This document shows, piece after piece, positions 13,690-26,500 of a stretch of DNA of 64,000 nt; position 1 is the first letter of the stretch; each line of letters begins with the position of its first letter. The DNA is from Phoronis australis. Taxonomy: Eukaryota > Animalia > Phoronida. Location of the stretch: assembly GCA_002633005.1 (NCBI GenBank), contig NMRA01000338.1, forward strand, positions 404,775 to 468,774, in the 5' to 3' direction. The notes beneath the pieces were generated by a model. The model did not search any database, was not told where the DNA came from, and saw only the letters and a program-made list of their open reading frames with translations. The translations under genes were made by a program, and so were the position numbers.

Positions 13690-14409
13690 GTAAGCCCTTT
13701 GGATAATTTTACATCAATCATTATGTCTGCACACAACACTCATGTTATCACCATTTCCTACACATGGGTAGAGTTCATTAACGCTAGGACCTACACCAGC
13801 ACCTCGATAAAATCTAGCCAAAGTCACGTGTTCTCATGTAAAATACACAACAACATCTCAAGTATCTCGCTAAGTCTTGTTTTATAGCGAGGTCCTAGTG
13901 TTTCTGCATTCTACGCTGCTATACATCCTTCCCAAGGCCGCAGGAAGTGGGGAGCGGGGGCGGGCAGGCGTCAGGGTTATACCGTGTCGACTGGAATAGG
14001 CTTGGGCCCGGGGAAAGCCGAGAAAAAAAAACATCGAAACGTTGAGCACAGAAAAAAAATAAGAGAACATTTGTTAACTACCAGTAGTTGATTTATTGTT
14101 AGAGGACTCTGGCCAAGATATTGGAGGGGACCCGTTGATGAAATACATGCAGCCACCATTTGCGTGCTTTTATTGGAAACTTCTTAAGGGGTCGCCCACA
14201 GAGAGGGGGGCTCAATGATCAAATTGATTGTCTCTACTTTCCTGTTTTTTTTTGCAATTTTACCACATTTCATGTTAAGAAGTTCATTTCTTGGAAGGTC
14301 ATGCGATGATGGAATTAACTGTCACTCTTTTCCATTTTTAATGGTGTTTAACTTCACACGGGGTCCTCTCTCGTAGACAATTGCCCCTCTGTAAACCAAG
14401 GAATGTTAA

Positions 14410-15080
14410 AGGCGAATGCCACCCGATTTAATTAGTCTTTTTTGCTGTCTTAATCGGTCTATTTCCACATCGCCTCGCATACGGTCGACCTTACCTTGCC
14501 AAGAGGTGTCGCGTTAACCTGTGAGGAAGGTGAGAAACGACGCTAGCGACGTCAGTGGTTCATATGCAGAGTGAATGCCGCTATGTTGCGGAGCATCGTT
14601 CCCGCTTGAATGACCGAACTAAGCAGCTGCGAGGAAAGCGGGTATATCGTTTGTTTACTTCCTCGAGAGTCCGAAATGTTTAGGAAGTGGCTCATGGTAG
14701 TAAAGAATGAAATGTACGCTGTAAATAGCAAGTATGAGGCCGTGAAACATCTCCGTGTCTGTGGCCTGCAGACGTCGAAAGTGCCTGACGAATGCCGGCT
14801 TACCAAATAACTCCATACGTTCCGTTCACGGTGCCTCTCTAGTATTTCTTCATCACTGTATTCCTGTTCGAATTGATAGCCTGTAGAACTTAACGATTCA
14901 CCTGCGAAGTCGTGATTGATGATCCGCTCTAGCTCGTCCTAAACCGGGATTGCGAGTTGCCATGTTGGCGTTTATTACTGAGCGTTCTGTTTCAAAATGA
15001 ATTATACTCACCCTAACCAATACTTATATAAAACTGAAACAAAGTCTGTATCATTAGATGCAATTTGTAGTGCCTTTGGA
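14410..15080 (+). mobile_element. Degenerate THAP-domain DNA-transposon remnant (Kolobok-like); boundaries approximate
   Basis: Starts TTAA-AGG at about 14406. 14575-14770 translates, with stops and frameshifts, as MPLCCGA...RKAGISF../PRESEMFRKWLMVVK...HLRVCG, resembling a THAP zinc finger. A matching right TIR was not clearly found. Confidence 0.4.
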
Positions 15081-16889
15081 GTGTTCGTGAGTGCACGAAA
15101 TGATTTGAGAAGCCAGCAATGAATAAATCATTGCGTTACCGGCTTTAGGTGCAATAACACTAATTGACGGGACACCGCGAAGCCGTGTGAGCTCATGCTA
15201 ATTTAGTGTTTGCTGGCAGAAACTTTTTCGAAACAACTCGATTTCCACCCAACGACCAGGTGGTAGGGGAATCTTTATTTACATTTACATTACTCAAACA
15301 ATGATTGTAAATGTATAACTTCTGCCCTGACGGTGCTGTGGCCAAAGCGGAACTGAATTCGCGGCCCCCGACGAGTAAATAGATTTGCAGTTTCGTGGCT
15401 AATTCACCAACATAATCACGGGCACATTACTTTGGCTCACTAGTATAGTACTTTCTTGACTGGAAGTTTAGTTTCCACTGAACTTTGGCTGGTTTTTTCG
15501 TGATGTGTGATCAGTTTCCGCTGGAGCCGCTGGCCGGGATACTGAGTCAATCCGGCCGGCCGCGACGGGCCTGATCGGACTCTGAGCCACTGGCCAGGAT
15601 AACAAGCGTTTTGTGTTTAGAACTCAGAAAATCACACGTCTAAACAACACAGATCTAGGTTCTCCTGTCTGTATCTCACGGAAAATACTTCGCAATTATC
15701 TCCAAACACACCCCAAGGCCAAACTCCTGCTACGGACATTACTGGCCTGTCGAACTTTGTAGGCTACGGTGTGTCCAAATACTAATAAATCCGTAAGAGC
15801 GAAATAAAACAACACGTTTTTGTAAGAACTCGGTGTACAATGTATTTTTAATGGTTTTACATCGAAGTTTGATGATTTATTGGTGCTAAACGATGATTCC
15901 AAGCGATAAGCTAACACCAGTAACCCGTGTTGTGAACTGCTGAACAGAATGCGTGTGAAACCGATGACGTAATTGGATAATTTCAACACCTCCGTCTGGT
16001 GTCAGGTGTCAGGTAACGCAACCGCACTTGTCGTTATGGAGTAGAACTACTCGATCTAAATTGATACAAATTAGGTTGTTTTTTGGGTGGCATCCTCCTT
16101 TAAAACTTCACGAGCGGAATATAGATAAGTTTCCAGATTTGTTGAAAGAACACAAAACAAACTCGTGCAAAGCACAAGAGTATCAATGGGCGCCAACAAC
16201 CAAAAAAGCTTGAATAAGACAATAGGACAGACCGCCATCAAAAGGATGGACGTTTGAAGAGTTTGAACATCACTGTAAATTACACAAAAGGAATAATTAT
16301 TTCGGATTATGTTATACAAATAAAATGTCGATACATTTTCCCATAGTAAAATAAGAATAGTATTTCTTTGTAAGATCGTTACTAGGAGTTGTTCGTAGAA
16401 ATTACGAGTAACCTGTCAGATGTACGATTTTTTGATGACGGTGTGGGAGCGTTCACATATGACGTCATCAGTTGAGTGGGGGTTTGGAAAGATGACGATT
16501 TAGGTTAGAGGGAGAGGTGTTAGACTTTTTTGTAATACGCTTATTGTATTCACAACCATAACTTGCAGAAGAAACGATATAAATGTCATCCTTGCATGGG
16601 GTGTAAATACACAAGCGTATTTTAATAAAGAACATGCACACCCCATTCACACCGGAATCAAACATAGGGACGCGTATTAAGTTATTAGATTGTTACACAA
16701 AAAGTCCTTCTACAGGGATCCATCTTTTTCTAAAAATGTTCATAATTCGGGCTCTTATAGTAGATTACCTTTTCCGTGTTATAATATCCAAGCATTTCAA
16801 TCTTCAACCATTGCAAGCAGGGGGGTTAGGGGGCCCTGTTTTGGCTGTAAACCAGCTGTTCATCGACTTCAAAAATTCCGAATAACTTC

Positions 16890-17099
16890 TGACTCCCCAA
16901 AAACATGGCAAAGATTCTCGGGTCTTTTCCACAGAATGTACAGAGTGATGAGTTAACTATACCAATTTTATTTAAGAAACAATTTGTACTAAGAATTCTG
17001 TGAGTAAGTCTAATTCGGAACCATTTAAGATTCGTGTCTTTAGTGAACGAAGAATTTAACATATAGACCGTTCTCCACCATTCATCTAGAAGTTGTCTA
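16890..17099 (-). mobile_element. LINE (L1/Tx1-like) ORF2 C-terminal fragment, 3' part (zf-RVT region)
   Basis: Minus ORF WWRTVY...DTNLKWFRIRLTHRILSTNCFLNKIGIVNSSLCTFCG is typical of the zinc-binding region after non-LTR RT. Confidence 0.75.
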
Positions 17100-17103
17100 T
17101 TAA

Positions 17104-18063
17104 ACAGTACACACCATGGACGTTTGCACATTTTTAATTACCGGTGGCCACAGACTGAGTGTATGACGTAAAATTCAGCTAAAACCATGTTTATTTTGTG
17201 TAATTAGCTCGAAATTTTGATTTTTATTTCAATTTTGCCAATTTTCACATCCCGCCATGTGACTCCATGGGTTGAACACAAGAGATCAGTGACTAGCATT
17301 GAACAATGGCGGAGAGCAGGGAATTTGAAAGCGACGACGATTATGAGCAAGAATTGAACGAATACTATGAAGAAACGTATGGGAATGGTGGCCAGGATGA
17401 GGAAATGGGGTTGCACGAAAGCGAGAATAAGTTTAATGTGCTTCAGGCAGCGTACTTTTCTACTTTGAGCCTTACGAACTGGATCCTTCCGCGAGAGAAG
17501 CGGCCTCGGGCTCGGCGAGTGAACCCAGTCATCCAACAGACGATCCTGATTTAAGAGCTGATGTTTCTGAATGATAAATATTGTCCCTTATTGATCCAGG
17601 CCTTCATCGTAACGTCTCCTGTGACTGGAGTCGAAACACGAGTCCTCAAAGTGGGCAGAACACAGAGTGGCCCCGGACCGAATCGCATGGTCCACGATGA
17701 CGTCCCACACTCTCGTTCGGCGCACGAAGCGATGCCACTTCTGCGCAACTTTGGTGTGCTTCGGAACACCGAGACGTTCTCCGCCTGGCTGCTGTTGCTG
17801 CAGCCTCCGGAAACACATCTTTTGATCCCTCTACGAGCCTTCTCGACGCTAAGTGTACTTTGCTTTCTCTTCACTCTACACACTTTGTCTCTGATCCGAA
17901 CAGTATGGCAAACGACTTGGGTTCAACCCATGACGTTGTACATAATTATTATTTTTTCAATTTCTGCGTGTTTCTTTATGAGCTGTGCACTTAAGGCACT
18001 GAAATCTAGTAAGATATAATAATAAAATTTATTTTGAGGTACTAGAGTCATGTTGTGTACATT
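17104..18063. mobile_element. Kolobok-like non-autonomous DNA transposon with THAP remnant, inserted into the LINE fragment
   Basis: TTAA at 17100-17103 and 18064-18067. Imperfect TIRs: ACAGTACACACCATG vs reverse complement of right end AATGTACACAACATG. Frameshifted minus-strand THAP (RCVSGGCSN...KWHRFVRRTR...LCSAHFEDSCF) and a convergent acidic + ORF (17306-17554). Removing the element restores the LINE frame (ENCL|NRQLLDEWW). Confidence 0.8.
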
Positions 18064-18067
18064 TTAA

Positions 18068-18500
18068 GACAGTTTTCCTACTTAATTTGAAATTTTGCTT
18101 TTATATAAGCAAGTAACAAACTTATTATACACACTTTTCTTATTTTTACATGTATTACGTAAAGTGGTAATAAACTCTGGGCGGTGAGGAAGAATGATTT
18201 TTGAAGAATCCACATAATTAAGTAAGTTGCAAACATCAGTAAATGGTGGAGAAAATCCATAATAATTCCAAAAGTCTTCGTAAGATATCAAATTACCATT
18301 AGAATCTAACAAATCGTAAATATATACAATGCCCTAGGCATACCAAACTTCATAAAATATGTACTTCTTGTCAATTGAGATTTTGGAATTGAACCAACTT
18401 GGGTTGTAGGGACTCATTGACTTGTTAAGTGTGAAATTTTCAATCAATTCTCCAGCATTTTGAAAAACTTCTCCCAATAACTGATTCTTAACTGAAGCGC
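18068..18500 (-). mobile_element. LINE (L1/Tx1-like) ORF2 fragment, 5' part
   Basis: Minus ORF LDSNGNLISYEDF... and upstream W(Y)ALGIVYIYDL-like motif; continuous with 16890-17099 across the insertion; contains stops and frameshifts. Confidence 0.65.
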
Positions 18501-19039
18501 AAGAGAACGATAATACGCCTTACCAAAATGGAACACGTTGCGTGAAAGTGAGGGATTTGTAGACTAAAATTTTGAGCGGGGTTAGACTTCATCATGTAGT
18601 TTATTAGAATATCTCCATCACAATACCGCTAATATCATAAGAAAACTAAATCATCTTCAAGCAGAATAAAATAATTCCAAAACCGGTACCTGCCATCCAC
18701 GATTTGATGATATTTCACCAGGCTTACCTTAAAAAACATGTAAAAAGACAAACGACCCCACACCATCACACACAATTATCACAGTGACGAAACGCATCAA
18801 GGCATAATCAAAACTTACAGCGACAGGCATGGTCATGTTTTGCATGGGATATACATTGTGACCTTGTTACCCATATTTGAGGTGTTGCAGCGGAATTTAT
18901 TTTTTCATTATTACATTAAATATGCCAGAATTGTTTTAGTTTGCTAAACCTCAAGTTTCATTGTTGAATCTTACGTTACGTTTTGCTAATTCAGTGGAGA
19001 CTGGCCACGGAGTAACACAAGTCGATGGTGTTGTAACGA

Positions 19040-19560
19040 CCTGCAAGAACAACCCGGAGTGTTGAAATGTGCCCACTACTGCACCACAAATGGTGTGCTT
19101 CAAGGGGTGTTTTAGCGTCATAAAAAAGACCATAAGATTACACATCAAACCCGTCTGAAATTGGGAATGTGGCTTCTCTCTATTGAAAAAAACTATTTGC
19201 CAAAATTCATGGAAAGTACTAAGGGACTCCAACAATGCAATGGCGAATTACCATTAAGAGGCGCAGTGGTAATCAGAGCTGTCCAAAAAGAAGCTGTCAG
19301 TCATTGTCACATTTAGTAGACATATGGTAATGGTCGCAAAAGATTCAAATTCACCAAAAGAGACCACCACAGTTGCCAGACCCGTCCGGAAATTAGCGTC
19401 AGCCAATGTATTCTGATCAGGAACATACCTGCTATGCTTAATAACGATACTTTGAGCAGCTTGGCGGATCTAATCGACAATGAAAACGCTTTGTTGTCTT
19501 AAAGTTCCAAAATTTTGCAAAACTACACGCGTAACAGAGACAAACGTAAAAAATATAATT
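19040..19560. repeat. Dispersed repeat related to 54190-56200 and 44690-44790 (possibly Helitron/Helentron-like)
   Basis: Shared start (gttgaaatg...cccac...gca...caaa.ggtgt) and atcaaacccgtc.gaaattggga with the 54.2-kb copy. Superfamily assignment is a guess. Confidence 0.5.
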
Positions 19561-19960
19561 TACTATGCTCAGGCACAGCTGTAGTTCGATTACTTTGAAA
19601 CTCGTCGTAATCTGTTGCCATCTCCATAGCAGTACATCAGCCGAATTTCAAAAAGATCCTCTAAAGAGACATCAAATACAAAAGCCAACATCAGGTAAAG
19701 TCGGAGCCAATCATTTCCTATGCAAACCTTCAAAATTCATAATAACTGAGAGCTAGGTCAATTTTTTTTGATAAACTAGTTTGGCTAGTCATCTCGCCCA
19801 CAATAAGATAAGGGGTACTGGAATTACTGTACATGTACTGACAAACATAAATGAAGAGTTTGAAAAACAATACATGCACAGTGTCAATCAGTACATATCG
19901 GCGTTGTCTCGAAGAACATGTTCTTGTTGTATGCAAATTTGGAAATACTGCCTTTTTCAG

Positions 19961-20059
19961 GTGCTTTGAAGAACAATGGCAACACTAGATGTAAAGGGGC
20001 ACCAAAAACAACAACAACAGACACGACAACAACACCAGAAACTACGAGAACAACAGCAG
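19961..20059 (+). CDS. 99-nt phase-1/phase-1 exon: Cys-containing linker and start of Thr-rich stalk (predicted continuation of AChE)
   Basis: Acceptor cctttttcAG|GT and donor G|GTAAAG; encodes GALKNNGNTRCKGAPKTTTTDTTTTPETTRTTA in frame with the AChE donor at 13689. Confidence 0.65.
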
Positions 20060-20573
20060 GTAAAGTCCGTACCAATAATTTCCTGTGCAAGGCTTTGAAA
20101 CTCATAGCAACTAAAAACTAGGAAAAATTTTAGGTGAACTTGGCTTGATGGGTGAACTTGCCCGCACCAGGATCAGGGGTATTCAAAGTAGTGTAAATGT
20201 AATGGCAGCCATGAACAGTTCCCTGTTCGTCACATAATACATGTACAATGAAAACCAACAACAGAAACGACAACAACACCAAAAACTACCTTCGAAATCA
20301 ACAACAGGTAAAATTAGCACTAATCATTTCCTCTACAAACCTTCGAAACTAATGGTAACTAAGAGCTAGGACATATTTAGGTTAAGCTGGCTTGCCAAAT
20401 GAACTAACCAACAGCAGGATAAGAGGTACTCGAAGTACTGTACATGTACTGGGAATCATAGACATAGAGTTCGACAAATGATATATCCACAACGTCAATC
20501 AATACATATCGACGTTGTCTCGTCGAACTTTTTCTCGTTGTAAACAAATTTGACAGTGTTGCCTTTTTCCCAG

Positions 20574-23500
20574 GTGCTTTGAAGAACAATACCACCAATG
20601 GACGACCACCAACGACAGTGAATGTATCAACAGAAGCATCAACAAAAACAACAGCAAATAAGACAACAACACCAGAAACTACAAAACCAGCCACAGGTAA
20701 AGTCGGTACCAATAATTTCCTGTGCAAACCTTTGAAACTCATAGCAACTACTACAAAGTTTAGGTTGAGTTGGGTTGGTGAGAAAACTTGCGCACACCAC
20801 GATAAGAGNACCTTCGAAACTAATGGTAAGTAAGAGCTAGGTCATATTTATGTTAAGTTGGCTTGGCAAATGAACTTACCCACAGCAGGATAAGAGGTAC
20901 TCGACGTACTGTACATGTACTGGCAATCATAAACATAGAGTTCGACAAATAATTTATCAACAATGGCAACCAATACATAATGACGTTGTCTTGGCGAACT
21001 TTTTCTCGTTGTAAACAAATTTGACAGTGTTGCCTTTTTCCCAGGAGCTTTGAAGAACAATACAACCAATGGACGACCTCCAACGACAGTGAATGTATCA
21101 ACAGAAGCATCAACAAAAACAACAGCAAATGAGACAACATCACCAGAAACTTCGATACCAGTCTCAGGTAAAATCCGAATTTAGTATTTCCTGTGCAAAG
21201 CTTTTAAACTCATAGCAAATAAGAGCTAGGATAAAGTTTAGGTTGACTTGGCTTAGTGCGTGAACTTTCGCACACCACAATAAGAGGTACTCGAAGTACT
21301 GTACATGTAGAAACAACCATGAACAAAGAGTTCCCGATTCGTCACATAATACATTACAATGTCAAGCAACAAAATAAACGACAACAACACCAGAAACTAC
21401 GAAATCAACAACAATTAAACTTTACACCAATCTTTTCTTCTGCAAACATTTGAAACTAATGGTGACTAAGAGCTATGACAAATTTTAGGATAAGTTGGCT
21501 TGATGGGTGAACTTGCCCACACCAGGATAAGGGGTGTTCAAAGTACTGTAAAAGTAGTGGCAGCCATGAACAAATAATTCCCGGTTCGTCACATAACACA
21601 TGTACAATGAAAACCAACAACAGAAACGACAACAACATCAAAAACTTCGAAAACAACAACAGGTAAAATTGGCACTAACCATTTCCTCTACAAGCCTTCG
21701 AAACTAATGGTCACCAAGAGCTAGGACAAGTTTAGGTTAAGTTGGCTTGGCAAATGAACTTACCCACAGCAGGATAAGAGGTACTCGAAGTAATGGAACA
21801 TGTACTGGCAATCATAAACAGAGAATTCGACAAATAATATATCCACAATGTCAACCAATACATATCGTCGGTGTCTCGTCGAACTTTTTCTCGTTGTAAA
21901 CAAATTTGACAGTGTTGCTTTTTTTCCCAGGTGCTTCGAAGAACAACACCACCAATGGACGACCAACAACGACAGTGAATGTATCAACAGAAGCATCAAC
22001 AAAAACAACAGCAAACAAGACAAAAACACCAGAAACTTCGAGACCAGCCACAGGTAAATTCCGTACCAATAATTTCCTGTGCAAAGCTTTGAAACTCATA
22101 GCAACTAAAAACTAGGACAAATTTTAGGTGAAGTTGGCTTGATGGGTGAACTTGCCCCCACCAGGATAAGGGGTATTCAAAGTACTGTAAATGTAATGGC
22201 AGCCATGAACAAAGAGTTCCCGGTTCGTCACACAATATATGTACAATGAAAACCAACAACACAAACGACAACAACACCAAAAACTACCGTCGAAATCAAC
22301 AACAGGTAAAATTAGCACTAATCATTTCCTCTACAAACCTTCGAAACTAATGGTAACTAAGAGCTAGGACATATTTTGGTTAAGCTGGCTTGGCAAATGA
22401 ACTTACTCACAGCAGAATAAGAGGTACTCGACGTACTGTACATGTACTGGCAATCATAAACATACAGTTCGACAAAAAATTTATCCACAATGGCCACCAA
22501 TACATAATGACGATGTCTCGGCGAACTTTTTCTCGTTGTAAACAAATTTGACAGTGTTGCCTTTTTCACAGGTGCTTTGAAGAACAATACCACCAATGGA
22601 CGACCACCAACGGCAGTGAATGTATCAACAGAAGCATCAACAAAAACAACAGCAAATAAGACAACAACACCAGAAAATTCTAGACCAGCCACAGGTAAAG
22701 TCTGTTCCAATCATTTCCTATGAAAAGCTTCGAAACTAATGGTCACCAAGAGCTAGGGCAAGTTTAGGTTAAGTTGGCTTGGAAAATGAACTTACCCACA
22801 GCAGGATAAGAGGTACTCGAAGTAATGGAACATCTACTGCCATTCATAAACAGAGAACTTGACAAATAATATATCCACAATGTCAACCAATACATATCGA
22901 CGGTGTCTCGTCGAACTTTTTCTCGTTGTAAACAAATTTGACAGTGTTGCCTTTTTCCCAGGTGCTTCGAAGAACAACACCACCAATGGACGACCACCAA
23001 CGACAGTGAATGTATCAACAGAAGCATCAACAAAAACAACAGCAAATAAGACAACAACAACAGAAACTTCGAGACCAGCCACAGGTAAAGTCCGTACCAA
23101 TAATTTCCTGTGCAAAGCTTTGAAACTCATAGCAACTAAGAACTAGAACAAATTTTAGGTGAAGTTGGCTTGATGGGGGAACTCTCCCGCACCAGGATAA
23201 GTTGTATTCAAAGTACTGTAAATGTAATGGCAACCATGAAAAAAAGAGTTCCCGGTTCGTCATATAATACATGTACAATGAAAACCAACAATAGAAACGA
23301 CAACAACACCAAAAACTAGCGTCAAAATCAACAACAGGTAAAATTAGCACTAATCATTTCCTCTACAAACCTTCGAAAATATTGGTAACTGAGAGCTAGG
23401 ACATATTTAGGTTAAGCTGAATTGGCAAATGAACTTTTACCCACAACAGGATAAGAAGTACTAGAAGTACTGTACATGTACTGGCAATCATAAACATAGA

Positions 23501-26500
23501 GTTCGACAAATAATTTATCCACAATGGCAACCAATACATGTCGACATTTTCTCGTAGAACTTTTTCTCGTTGTAAACAAATTTGACAGTGTTGCCTTTTT
23601 CCCAGGTGCTTTGAAGAACAACCCATACCAAAAAAATCCTTCCTGCAAACACTTGCCGCAAGCTTGCCGCAAAGTTTCGGCAAGCTTGCTGCAAAAGTCT
23701 ATGCAAACCAGCCGCAAACACGAAGAACCAACTCTGACCAAAGAGTGGATGCAAATTTCCTGCAACCCAGCCGCAAATATTGCCGCAAGCTTGCGGCATG
23801 CTTGCCGCAAACATGCACCAAACTTTTACCATTCAAATGAAGATTGCCACAAGCTTGCAACAAACATCTATATGTCCTTATATGGAACAGTTCCTGCAAC
23901 ATAGCCGCACACGTTGCTGCAAGCTTGCCGCAAACATCTCTCTGGATGTGGAACAGTTCCTGCAACCGAGCCGCACACATTGCTGCAAGCTTGCCGCAAA
24001 CATCTTCATGGGGTTATATAAAAGTTTCTGCGAACCACCAGAAAAAATATTGGATGCAAGACTACAACATACTTGAATTGTGGCATGAATAATTTAATGT
24101 AGAAATGCCAGCTGACAAATACATAATTTTTATTGCATGCCCGCTTGTTAAAGCAAGAAAATACACAATCAGCTGCACACTGGATTCAACATGATAATTT
24201 TCAATCTGATGTATATTGACTAGAAATTAAAACAAAATCACATGACAATGAATAACAGAAACTATAAAAGTGTCTACAGTGGCAATAAGTAATAATACTT
24301 GTATTACAATCAAAATTGTGTCTTGAGAGAACAACTTGAATGTATGCTAAGCTTTAATTACAATATACTGAGATTTTTTATTCTTAACGCACGACAAAAT
24401 CTATAATAATTGCAACAACGATATAATTTACTTGAATAAACTAACAACAGCAACACAGAGCGTTGAAATGCACCCAACGGGGTGTTTATTAGCATTGAAA
24501 ATGGCGCAAAATATGTCGAATGCCAGTGGAGAAAACCATGAAATCTGACTTTCCCCCGTGGAAAGGCATGCTTAGAACAGCATGTCGAGCATATTTAAGC
24601 ATTTTATTTTAAATTACCTCATTACTTCCCAACTGAAAAAATCACTCTTAACAATTATAAACATATTTATTTTTCCCATGTTCATCTAAAATACTTGAAA
24701 ACTGTCGAATACTTCATCGATTATTATTTTTGCTTCCCAATATGGTTTCATGATACATCAGTCTACTGAATGGGCTATCATTGAACTTGTAGGCCTATGT
24801 TGAAATTTGCAATATTTCGACTATAGCGATATCATTCAATAACATCATTCATTTATGTAAGGCATCAACCATAAATTATACCTTTCTGTTCTACAATATT
24901 ACCATGGTGTTGAAAAGAACAACTACAGAGGTTATATCCAGTTATAATACCATACTAGTGGACGTTCTAAACACATTCTACTCCAGACTAATCTGCATTA
25001 CAGCAATCGGAGGTGTTCCATAGGGTTCATATGGGATGATAGCTAGTGTTTTCATCCATGTTTGTTCGACCCAACCTTGAGATGCTGTGTACGCCATATT
25101 TGTTCCGGTGTTTTCAACTCAAACTTGTTGCCTCGTAACCTCTGCAGTGTCTCTGGCTTTCAAGTACATTATGTCACTCAATATTCACAAACCTAAAATA
25201 TGAATGCCATTTCACTTTCCACAAAAAGGCATTTGTGATAGCATTATTAGAATCTCCATTACCCTTTAAGTCGAACTTTTGCTCTTCTGCTCATGTATGA
25301 ACAGTCAGTTAAAGTTGTGTTCAATAGTTTGACTGCAGACTGATAATTCGTATGACTGAAGGTGATGGCAGTTAAAACACCTACCAGTAGTTAAATATAC
25401 AATATGCTAATCTTACTTTGTGCCCAAATTTAGTTACCATGCATTTAACCAAAATAAAAATTTGTTGTTCCTATTGTGAACCAAGCAGTCAGAGAGCGAT
25501 GTGAAAATTGACACAAACTTTTACAAAGTTTTACTGTCTCAATTAAGTGATTATTTTGAAGGACTGGTTACATGTAACTTGACAATGTTTTGGAAACTAA
25601 TTGATTCTGGTCTCAAATCCCAGTTAACTCATTTGAAATCTGTGCTGTACTTTTCCCTAACCATTATAACATCCAATTTGGCTGAATCAGTAAGAAAATC
25701 AACTTGCTTTTGTTTGTTAGACCAAAACTACTGATTCATGAATGAAGTCTAAGTAATTTTACTTAACAATCACATCAATATAAATACAATTTTAAATTCA
25801 AAACTCACATCCATACAGTTCTTCAGTTATCCATGTAGAGTCTAGGCTGTACCAAAACCGTTTGAATTTGGTTCAAATGAAAGCTTATAGGTCACTTCCC
25901 ATGTAACCTTGACAACCACATGCTTTCCTTGATAACAGTCCCACCAGATCAACATGTGGCTGGGCTAGCATAATTTAAATAAACAATCAACAGCCCTAGA
26001 GGCATTAAACATTAATGTATTTCAAAAGGCATTCCTTGAAAACTGTCCTAGCGGTTCAACATGTAGGTGGGCTAGTATGATTAAAGAGAACAATAACCCT
26101 AGAAGCATAAAACACTAATATAAGGACACTAGTGAAATTAAATTTCTTATTTTTTCATAAATAACGTGGCAGTACCACAAGAATCCCGAGTCATATCCAA
26201 GTCCGTACATGTACCATAGCTGCTGAACGACAATATTTTGAAAAATTATGAGTCTTCACAACAATGCTAAATGTCCTTGAAAATCAAAATGAGTAATTTT
26301 TGGCAATTATTTTTGTCCGAAATCGACAAAATTTTACTGTAGCTACAGACTGGCAGCTACCACTTGATTATGAGATAATTTCAAATGTTGGAAAAGTACA
26401 AATTGCTCTAAATCCTTATACTTGCACATTTGGTAAAACTGGATCATATATTTGTGTATGGTCTGTAGTGATATTTATTGCGCTTGTTTACACAACCTGC

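Noticed and set aside
23412-24092. Overlapping Cys/Ala-rich ORFs on both strands
   Set aside because: Produced by palindromic subterminal repeats (GCAAGCTTGC) of the CACTA-like element; not a transposase.
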